Below are positions 1 through 7,664 of a stretch of DNA of 64,000 bases, piece by piece; within the stretch, counting starts at the first letter, position 1; each line of letters opens with the position of its first letter. A program made the translations under genes and the position numbers. Source of the DNA: Putridiphycobacter roseus (GTDB lineage Bacteria; Bacteroidota; Bacteroidia; Flavobacteriales_D; Crocinitomicaceae); NCBI RefSeq assembly GCF_003234935.1, contig NZ_QKSB01000007.1, forward strand, positions 100,272 to 164,271. Direction: 5' to 3'. The notes beneath the pieces are model-generated. The model was not told the DNA's origin. It worked only from the letters and a program-made list of their open reading frames with translations, and did no database searches.

Positions 1-729
1 TGGAAATTCATTGATATCTTCCTGAATTGCTGTACCGTCGTATTCATCTTTTCCAGCCATAACAGCTGTAATTAATGCAGCATCTTTAATCGTATTGGTA
101 AACGGACCAATTTGATCAAATGAAGAAGCATAAGCCAAAAGTCCATACCTTGAAATAGTACCATAAGTAGGTTTAAAGCCTATTAAGCCAGTAAAAGAAG
201 CTGGTTGACGAATGGATCCACCCGTGTCACTACCAATACTTGCCGTACATAAACCTGCAGCCAATGCAGCAGCAGACCCTCCTGAAGATCCTCCTGGAAC
301 TTTATCTTCTTGAATGGGATTTAATACGTTTCCAAAAGCGGAGTTCTCATTCGAACTACCCATGGCAAATTCATCACAGTTTAAGCGACCAATAATAATG
401 GCATCTTCTTGAATCAATCTTTCTACTGCGGTTGCAGTATAGATAGATTCGAAACCTTCTAATATTTTTGAAGCGGCAGAAACTTTGTGATTTTTATAGG
501 CCAAATTATCTTTAATACCTATCACCATACCGGCTAGTTTACCAGCGGTATTATTTTTTATTTTAGCATCAATTTCTTGTGCTTTTTGAATCGCTTCCGC
601 TTCAAAAACTTCTAAAAAAGCATGGATATGTTTTTTAGCTTCAATTTGTTTTAGGTAGTGCGAAACAACATCAACAACTGTTGTACCATTATCAATTGCT
701 GACTTTACTTTATCGAAAGAGGTATACAT
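1..729 (-). CDS. gatA: Glu-tRNA(Gln)/Asp-tRNA(Asn) amidotransferase subunit A, N-terminal part only; C-terminus lies beyond window start
   Basis: Reverse-strand translation from ATG (complement of 727-729) gives MYTSFDKV... with the amidase signature GGSSGGSAAALAAG...GSDTGGSIRQPA; the reading frame runs off the window edge at position 1. Confidence 0.85.
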   Translation of the reverse strand, partial: MYTSFDKVKSAIDNGTTVVDVVSHYLKQIEAKKHIHAFLEVFEAEAIQKAQEIDAKIKNNTAGKLAGMVIGIKDNLAYKNHKVSAASKILEGFESIYTATAVERLIQEDAIIIGRLNCDEFAMGSSNENSAFGNVLNPIQEDKVPGGSSGGSAAALAAGLCTASIGSDTGGSIRQPASFTGLIGFKPTYGTISRYGLLAYASSFDQIGPFTNTIKDAALITAVMAGKDEYDGTAIQEDINEFP

Positions 730-735
730 CAAAAC

Positions 736-933
736 TTATTCTTCTAATTTTCCTTTTGATTTTTTTTCATCTTCTCCTTCTCCACCCATCTCGTCTTTAA
801 ATCCTTTGATGCCTTTTCCCATACCTTTCATTAATTCAGGTAATTTTTTGCCACCAAATAATAATAAAAGCGCAAGTACAATAAGTCCAATTTGCCAAGG
901 GCCAATCATTCCTGCTTCTAAAGTATTTTCCAT
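736..933 (-). CDS. tatA: twin-arginine translocase subunit TatA/E
   Basis: 65 aa with one N-terminal TM helix (IGPWQIGLIVLALLLLFGGKKLPEL) followed by an amphipathic Lys/Gly/Glu-rich tail, the typical TatA architecture. Confidence 0.8.
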   Translation of the reverse strand: MENTLEAGMIGPWQIGLIVLALLLLFGGKKLPELMKGMGKGIKGFKDEMGGEGEDEKKSKGKLEE

Positions 934-1090
934 GTTAATTATGTATTAAATGATAAAGTGCAAATTTATGAATTTTAATGCATATCCCTGATGAAATAGT
1001 TTATTTTATATGAATTTGAAATAAATCCTATTGGAAATGATCATATGCAGCTTATAATTATAGTTTTAAAGCGGTTTAATGATATAATTA

Positions 1091-1125
1091 AAGGGGATGT
1101 TTCAATGGAAAACACCCCCTTTTAT
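1091..1125. terminator. GC-rich hairpin (12-bp stem with 1 mismatch, 7-nt loop) followed by TTTTAT on + and TTTAATTAT on -; possible bidirectional terminator
   Basis: aaggggatgttt-caatgga-aaacaccccctt then tttt; sits between tatA (-) upstream region and the end of the LRR gene (-). Confidence 0.4.
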
Positions 1126-1238
1126 GGGTAAATAAAAAACGATTAAGTTATTCATCCAAAAACACATCTAATTTTTTTATACTTTAGCCACCACCTTTGC
1201 AAAACAGAGTTGTTTAGCTTTTAATGAAAGGAAAGTTT

Positions 1239-2984
1239 CTAATTTTTGATTAGCCTCTTCATGATAGGATTACTACTCCCTATAATAATTTTTGCAGTAT
1301 AAACCCCATTTTGTAAACTGCTAATATCTATGGTTTTTTGGTTAATAAACTCACTTACTTTTTGTCCCATTAGATTATAAATGGCTATTTTTTCAATGTT
1401 TTCTGTTGTAGAGAACGTAAGTAAACCGGTTGTAGGATTGGGATAAGTAGTGATTTCTAAGGTGTTGTTTTTTACCAAGCCAGATGTTCCCGCGGAACAA
1501 TCTTCACTAAAGCTTGCTGTGGCGTCTATATTGGTCCAATTTGTTGTGCTGTATACTGCATCATCCACTTCAATACAAGTAAGGTTTGGGTTATTGGTTC
1601 CTGTAAACCAAACAATGGTTGTATTATTTGAATTGCTAAGATTTACTGATGCTAGTTGAGAATTATCGTTAAATTCTACATTTATCAACGCCGGGTTTTG
1701 AGATAAATCTATGCTATTAAGTGAATTATTATTATTTCCATAAAACTCAGATAAATTAGTGTTCTGAGACAAATCGATATTAGTTATTTGACTTAATCCA
1801 AAAGTTAATACACTTAGTACTGGGTTTTGCGTAGTATTTAAACTTGTTAGGGGGTTAGCATAACACGCCAGTGATATTAGGTCAATATTTTGGCTTATAT
1901 CTATATCTGTCAGTTGATTTCCTGAGCAACTCAAATTAGTTAAATTTATGTTTTCGGTGACATTGAGGTTAGATAAATTGTTGAGTGATGAGAGAAAAGA
2001 TAGAAGTGCAGTATTTTGAGTAATATCTATATCCGACAGTTGATTCGAAGTAAAGTCTAGTTCTACCAAATTAGTGTTGTGAGATAGGTCCAAGCTTGTC
2101 AGTTGATTATTTCTGCAATTTAGATTTTCTAGACTTGGATTATTTGTAGTTTCAAGACTAGTAAGTTGGTTTCCATCACAATTAATCAGGCTAATGTTTG
2201 TAAAAGATGCAAGACCTGTCATGCTGGTAATCGATTGATTTAGGCAGAGAATTGATCCTGTAAAAGCACTGGCTTCACTGCATTCTATTTCGGTATTCCC
2301 ATTTGTATTTATTGCACTATTTCCAACTAAGTAGGTTTTGAAATTGGAATCAGGTATTGTTACAATACAAGTTGAACAAGAAATACTAAAACTGGATGCG
2401 GGATCAATATTAGTCCAATTTGTTGCACTGTTTGTAGAATCATCTACTTGAATACAGGTTAGATTAGGATTGTTAGCACCTTCGAAAACAGTAACATTTG
2501 TATTGTTTCCATTTGCTAAGTTTAAATAGACTAGTTGGTTGCTACTAAATTTAATTGAATACAACCCAGTCAATGCTGATAAATCTAGTGAAGGTATCGC
2601 ATTTCCAGCACAGTTTAATATCGTTAAATTAGTATTGTTGTTTAAATTGAGATATTGAATGTTGTTGTAAGCACATCCTAGGATGGTAAGCGCAGTATTA
2701 TTCGATAAATTTAATGCGGTTAAATTGTTTGAATGGCATCTTAAATCAGTTAGTGCGGTAAAAGCCTCTATTCCAGTTAAATTTGAAATACCCATGGTCC
2801 CGCAATTAATTTGGCCTGTAAAAGCACTGGCTTCAGCTACTGAAATTTCAGAAGGGTCTGCGTCAGTATTTATGGCTGCATTACTTAATAAGTATGCTTT
2901 AAAATTAGCATCTGGTATGTTTACATTTTGTGCCGTTGCAAGCGTTGCACTAATAATAGCAATGGAAAGTAAAAGTGTTTTCAT
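1239..2984 (-). CDS. secreted leucine-rich-repeat protein with C-terminal T9SS (Por) type-A sorting domain; contains an internal duplication of an N-cap + LRR + cassette module
   Basis: Signal peptide MKTLLLSIAIISATLATAQ. Repeated L..L.L..N.L..L LRR units. Module NVNIPDANFKAYLL...NNPNLTCIQVDDS..NWTNID occurs twice within the protein. C-terminal YPNPTTGLLTFS...IAIYNLMGQKV...GVYTAKI is a T9SS CTD. Confidence 0.85.
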   Translation of the reverse strand: MKTLLLSIAIISATLATAQNVNIPDANFKAYLLSNAAINTDADPSEISVAEASAFTGQINCGTMGISNLTGIEAFTALTDLRCHSNNLTALNLSNNTALTILGCAYNNIQYLNLNNNTNLTILNCAGNAIPSLDLSALTGLYSIKFSSNQLVYLNLANGNNTNVTVFEGANNPNLTCIQVDDSTNSATNWTNIDPASSFSISCSTCIVTIPDSNFKTYLVGNSAINTNGNTEIECSEASAFTGSILCLNQSITSMTGLASFTNISLINCDGNQLTSLETTNNPSLENLNCRNNQLTSLDLSHNTNLVELDFTSNQLSDIDITQNTALLSFLSSLNNLSNLNVTENINLTNLSCSGNQLTDIDISQNIDLISLACYANPLTSLNTTQNPVLSVLTFGLSQITNIDLSQNTNLSEFYGNNNNSLNSIDLSQNPALINVEFNDNSQLASVNLSNSNNTTIVWFTGTNNPNLTCIEVDDAVYSTTNWTNIDATASFSEDCSAGTSGLVKNNTLEITTYPNPTTGLLTFSTTENIEKIAIYNLMGQKVSEFINQKTIDISSLQNGVYTAKIIIGSSNPIMKRLIKN

Positions 2985-3021
2985 AATAATGCGTTTTTTG
3001 ATTATGATTTTGTGTGTTTTC

Positions 3022-4083
3022 TTAGTTTTTTACCAATTTCTTCGTACTTACATTACCGTCTTGTGTTTTAACTACGGCCGTATAAATACCTTGTGTAAGT
3101 TCGCTAATGTCCATTTGGTTGGTTTGGTTAAATTCTAACACTTCTGCCCCAGCTAGGTTGAAAATATGCACGGCCTCAATTGTTTCTGAACTAATTAAAT
3201 TCACAATTCCGTTTGAAGGATTAGGGTATAAAGAAAGGCTTGCAGTATTGTTTTTTGATAAACCTGATGTACTTGCCGAACAATTTTCACTAAAGCTTGC
3301 TGTTGCGTCTACATTGTTCCAGTTTGTTGTGCTGTATGCTGCGTCATCCACTTCAATACAAGTTAGGTTTGGGTTGTTTGTAGCTTCAAAAATAAGACTT
3401 GTATTAGATCCATTTGCCACATTTAGACTTTCCAAATTCGGGCAATTTGAAACCGATATATGTGTAAAATTAGGAAATGATGAGAAATTAAGCCCTGTAA
3501 AATTGGTTTCACTTATGTTGAGGTTTAGGGCTGCATTCGGAAAAATGGTAAGATTGGTAAGCGAAGGATTATCTGAAACATCCAAAGTAGTGAGCAATGG
3601 ATAGTTTTGTGTAATTATAGAACTGATGTTATTGCCAGAGACATCTATATAAGTCACTACATTGTTTTGAGGAAGTGACAATGTACTGATTTGACAGTTT
3701 GATGCATCAATGGTTGATAGTTGGTGGTGTCCACCCATGGTTAAAGTAGTTAGACCTACAGAGCCAGAACAATCAAAATAAGCAAGGTTAAAACAGCCAG
3801 AAATATCTAAGGTGGAAACAGCTGTATTTCCGGTGTTATTAAATCCAACAATATTGGTAAATGCTTCTAGACCAGTAAAATTCGATATAGCTGCTCCATT
3901 CATATTTAAGTAGCCGGTATATACCGCCGCTTCATTAACTGAAATTTCCGTGTCTGCATTTGTGTTAATATTTGTATTTGTTAGCAAATATTGTTTAAAC
4001 GCATAGTCTGGAATGTTTACGTTTTGTTGTGCTATTGCAAGTGTTGTGCAAATAATGGAAATGGTAAAGACAAGTGTTTTCAT
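3022..4083 (-). CDS. secreted LRR protein with T9SS type-A C-terminal sorting domain, paralog of 1239..2984
   Basis: Signal peptide; N-cap NVNIPDYAFKQYLL is the same as in the neighbour; cassette NNPNLTCIEVDDAAYSTTNWNNVDATASFSENCS is nearly identical to the neighbour's second copy; CTD LYPNPSNGIVNL...IFNLAGAEV...GIYTAVV. Confidence 0.85.
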   Translation of the reverse strand: MKTLVFTISIICTTLAIAQQNVNIPDYAFKQYLLTNTNINTNADTEISVNEAAVYTGYLNMNGAAISNFTGLEAFTNIVGFNNTGNTAVSTLDISGCFNLAYFDCSGSVGLTTLTMGGHHQLSTIDASNCQISTLSLPQNNVVTYIDVSGNNISSIITQNYPLLTTLDVSDNPSLTNLTIFPNAALNLNISETNFTGLNFSSFPNFTHISVSNCPNLESLNVANGSNTSLIFEATNNPNLTCIEVDDAAYSTTNWNNVDATASFSENCSASTSGLSKNNTASLSLYPNPSNGIVNLISSETIEAVHIFNLAGAEVLEFNQTNQMDISELTQGIYTAVVKTQDGNVSTKKLVKN

Positions 4084-4164
4084 ATTGTTTAAGCTTTTAA
4101 AAAAATTTAAAAGACGCAGTTCATCAAGCTGCGCCTTACATGGTTTTTGGGTTTGTTTTTTTAT

Positions 4165-5343
4165 TTACTCGTCTAAAAATTCCTCAAACTGTGACCAAAC
4201 CGCAATTTTTTCTGGCTTGTCAGGATTCCCATTAAACATTAAGTCTGCATTTTCAGAATATAATAATGAAACTACTCCTTCAGCAATTAATTCGCCATTC
4301 TCTCCATCTCTGTTGGCATACATTTTTACTGTTAAGTTGTATTTTTGTCCAACCTTAAAACTGTTTTTATTCATGTATAAACACTGCATAAAAGCGTAAT
4401 CCTGTACATATTGACTGTGATATTGGTTATAGGTTCTCAACGCCTTTGGTGAATGCTGACGCCATTTAAAGTCTGATGTTTCCCATCTTGAAATCATTTT
4501 ACTCCATGCTGCTGATTTTGCTCTATACTCAACTCTATCGGTTGTTTTACCACCCATTTCGTATACCATATTGATATCTTGTCCAGGAAATTGAACTGAA
4601 GGTGGTACCTTAAAAAATGCCATATAATTCATATTTCCAGCCATGTCTAGTTCACTGGTAAAGCCTTTTCCGTTTACCATAGGTGGCGTTGCTCCATGCC
4701 CCCTTTTCATTAAATGCCAATCTTCAGTGGCAAAAACAATCTTACCAACATTGTTAGCATATAGTGCATTTTTCATCCAAATTGCTGTTTCTTTTTCAGC
4801 TTCGGCTCCATTAATTTTTGCCATTTGTTGATCATATAACACTTGTGCCGTTTCTAAATCATAATCGTTAAAATCTGCAGAATCTTTAGAAAGCACGGTT
4901 ACGACAGCCCCAGAACTTGTAGAGGCGAACACATTATCAGCTATTTGAACAAGTGTTCCAGTTCCTGATGAAAAATAATTAATGTCCAATTTTGATTTGT
5001 ATTTTTCTTTTAAGAAATACTTTTCAGTAATCTCTTTTCCGTCTAATTGTCCACCGTGAACCACTAATTTATTTACAATTTCACCACCTTCTTCTCGGTT
5101 GTATTCTAGGCCCATTGTGCGGTTATTTCCCACTAGCACAACAGATGTAAAATAAGTTCCTGATACACCGGTAGCATCTGTATAATCATAAGTTGTATAC
5201 TTTGCCTTTCCTTTTGCAGCAGCAGCCATTTTTGCATTGGCCTTGTCTAACTTGGCTTGCATTTTCTCTTTCATTGTTTGCGCATAAACGTTGGTTGACC
5301 CAAGCATAAGCCCAATAGCTAATATTAGATTTACTTTTTTCAT
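4165..5343 (-). CDS. hypothetical secreted protein (signal peptide), function unknown
   Basis: 392-aa ORF; N-terminus MKKVNLILAIGLMLGSTNVYAQ is a clean Sec signal; no recognisable catalytic motif; same strand and tightly spaced with the upstream ORF. Confidence 0.7.
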   Translation of the reverse strand: MKKVNLILAIGLMLGSTNVYAQTMKEKMQAKLDKANAKMAAAAKGKAKYTTYDYTDATGVSGTYFTSVVLVGNNRTMGLEYNREEGGEIVNKLVVHGGQLDGKEITEKYFLKEKYKSKLDINYFSSGTGTLVQIADNVFASTSSGAVVTVLSKDSADFNDYDLETAQVLYDQQMAKINGAEAEKETAIWMKNALYANNVGKIVFATEDWHLMKRGHGATPPMVNGKGFTSELDMAGNMNYMAFFKVPPSVQFPGQDINMVYEMGGKTTDRVEYRAKSAAWSKMISRWETSDFKWRQHSPKALRTYNQYHSQYVQDYAFMQCLYMNKNSFKVGQKYNLTVKMYANRDGENGELIAEGVVSLLYSENADLMFNGNPDKPEKIAVWSQFEEFLDE

Positions 5344-5374
5344 AGATTTATTTTATTTGTTTTTTATTAATTTC

Positions 5375-6667
5375 TTATTTATTGGAAGTACCATTTGCGC
5401 CACGGGTTCCATTTCTCCCATCTTTATTATATGATTCTTCTCGCTTTCCTCCAGCACCGCCATTTCCCCCTTGCACTTGTATTATCATCTTAATTTGACT
5501 GGCACCTGACCCCGAAACAGACACCTGACCACCGTTTCCACCGTCACCTCCAGCAGCTCCATTTCCTCTTCCAAACCCACTGTCACCACTGCCACCGTTT
5601 CCTCCTTTTGCGTTTATTGTTACTGTATTTTCAATATTAATTTTTGCCTCATACAATACGCGATATGAAACGTCACGAATGGTTATCTTAGTGACATTGT
5701 TACCATTAATCGTCATTTTTTCAGCGGTAATGTTTACACTTTTACCATCTTTTCCGAGACCACCTCTTGCACCACTGCGGCCATGAGCGCCTCCATTTCC
5801 TTGGAAATTGTAATAAGCGTTATTTCTATAATTTAAAGGATGTTCAAGTTTTGCACTGATGGAACTATTATATTTTGACCATACTTTTAAAGTGATTTTG
5901 TCTCCAGGAATGTTCCTCGTATCATTATCTACCTTGAAGTCACCACCAGCAAAGTTTCCACCAGTTGTGGAAGATTCAAAATCTGTATAGGGTGTTTTTC
6001 CGCCTAAATTTTTTGTTTTTAAAACTTTACCGTTCGTTAAAGTGACCTCCATTCCAATTGGAATTATAGAAAACATACCTGCATCAATATTTGGGTCAAT
6101 GAGCTTTACTTTAATGGCTTTAATCGACTTTCCTTTTAGCGTATTTTCTTCGGCTTCCTTTGCGGCAATGGCTGCATTGAGCTCTTTTCTTTCGTCTCTT
6201 GACCCCGACTGTTTACTTTTAATCGCTCTACGATAATTGTCTAGTTGTTCTTTCTCAGCGATATAACTACCAACTTTTCCATTGGTTAAAATGTAGGTGA
6301 TTACCGCCCCTTTAGATGCGGTCCAAGTATAATAGTAGATTTTTTTATCAATTACCGTTACCACAGTTGTGGACGCCTTTGTTAAATAATAAGCAGGGTA
6401 TGATGGTAAGTCAGCTGTGTAAAACTCGTCGATAATTCCAACTCGTTTTACAAGTATTTTCGGATAGACATCTCCCTCTTTAAATAATTCAACTGGCCAA
6501 TTTTTTTTGGCTTGTTCAAACACATACTTTTCATATCCTTTACTTATCGTTTTAAAAACAGCGTAACTGCCAGTTTCGATTTTTGAAAATTGAATGTTTT
6601 GATTCTCTTGGGAAAAAACTACCATTTGCATACAGGTAATTGCCAATAATAATAAATGCTTCATCAT
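5375..6667 (-). CDS. hypothetical secreted protein with Gly/Asn-rich C-terminal repeats (GGNGG-type)
   Basis: 430-aa ORF, signal peptide MMKHLLLLAITCMQMVVFSQ; C-terminal third contains GNGGAHGRSGARGG, GGNGGSGDSGFGRGNGAAGGDGGNGG, QGGNGGAGG low-complexity repeats. Confidence 0.7.
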   Translation of the reverse strand: MMKHLLLLAITCMQMVVFSQENQNIQFSKIETGSYAVFKTISKGYEKYVFEQAKKNWPVELFKEGDVYPKILVKRVGIIDEFYTADLPSYPAYYLTKASTTVVTVIDKKIYYYTWTASKGAVITYILTNGKVGSYIAEKEQLDNYRRAIKSKQSGSRDERKELNAAIAAKEAEENTLKGKSIKAIKVKLIDPNIDAGMFSIIPIGMEVTLTNGKVLKTKNLGGKTPYTDFESSTTGGNFAGGDFKVDNDTRNIPGDKITLKVWSKYNSSISAKLEHPLNYRNNAYYNFQGNGGAHGRSGARGGLGKDGKSVNITAEKMTINGNNVTKITIRDVSYRVLYEAKINIENTVTINAKGGNGGSGDSGFGRGNGAAGGDGGNGGQVSVSGSGASQIKMIIQVQGGNGGAGGKREESYNKDGRNGTRGANGTSNK

Positions 6668-6828
6668 AGGTGATTTTATAATTCTGGCACAATATTATAC
6701 TATGCTTATAGGACCTACAAGACAACTTTTAGGAATAGACCATTTTTATTTAGGAATGGATAATAAAGGGGTAATTACGCGTGGAATCCTATTAAAATAT
6801 AGGGAATACAATAGGTATAAGACTTGTA

Positions 6829-7581
6829 TTAATGTTTTTTGAAGTCTGTATCGAACTGCGAAACTTTGTATTTAGACAGTTTTGCTTGTATGTTATTTTC
6901 AAGTAAAATAATCAATTTCGATTTGGAATACTCCTTTATAAATGCTGTATTGATAATCCAAGATTTATGGGTACGAAAAAAAAGGTGGTTATCACTTAAA
7001 ATTCTTTCAAAGTGTTTTAAGTTTTTACTGACAATATATTTTTGCTTATCATTAGTATGAATAAAGCTGTACGACTCACTCGCTTCAATAGCAATGATGT
7101 CTTCAATTAATAATACCTTTTGATCTCCTTGAAAAGGAACGATTATCCTTTTGTATTTATTCTCTTGTAAACTTTTAACAAGCACTTCGTAATTGACGGA
7201 AGCATTTTTAATTTCTCTTTTTGATATAAACTTAGTCACCGCCTCTTTTAACCGACTAATTTCAATCGGTTTTAGTAAATAATCTACCGCGGAAACTTGA
7301 AATGCTTTGACAGCATAATGGTCATATGCGGTAATAAAGATGATTTCAAAATCAATTTTATCAAAAAAGGAAGTGATTTCGTAGCCTGCAAAATTTGGCA
7401 TTTCAATGTCTAGAAATACTAAGTCTGGTTTGTGGCGCTTTATGGATACAACCGCTTGTTCAATATCTTCACATTTGTCCACGATATGTATCTGAGGGCA
7501 AAACCTAAATAATAAATTTGAAAGTATATCTCTAGCACTTTCTTCATCATCAACCAGAATAGCATTAAACGTTTTGGACAT
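6829..7581 (-). CDS. LytTR-family two-component response regulator (REC + LytTR DNA-binding domain)
   Basis: N-terminal receiver ILVDDEE...DLVFLDIEMP...; C-terminal LytTR-like region (IIVPFQGDQKVLLIEDIIAIEASESYSFIHT...); immediately downstream of two LytS-type kinases on the same strand. Confidence 0.9.
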   Translation of the reverse strand: MSKTFNAILVDDEESARDILSNLLFRFCPQIHIVDKCEDIEQAVVSIKRHKPDLVFLDIEMPNFAGYEITSFFDKIDFEIIFITAYDHYAVKAFQVSAVDYLLKPIEISRLKEAVTKFISKREIKNASVNYEVLVKSLQENKYKRIIVPFQGDQKVLLIEDIIAIEASESYSFIHTNDKQKYIVSKNLKHFERILSDNHLFFRTHKSWIINTAFIKEYSKSKLIILLENNIQAKLSKYKVSQFDTDFKKH

Positions 7582-7664
7582 CTTACAAATATTGAACTAA
7601 TTAATTAATAAACAAAGTCGTTGTTTATTAATGGGTATTTTTGTTTCATTAACGGCAGCAGTTG

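Noticed and set aside
1450-1659. Plus-strand ORFs (1450..1659, 2683..3138, 3107..3604, 4013..4399) overlapping the LRR/T9SS genes, two of them similar to each other
   Set aside because: They are antisense to long, well-supported minus-strand CDSs with signal peptides and T9SS CTDs. Their mutual similarity simply mirrors conservation of the sense-strand paralogs.
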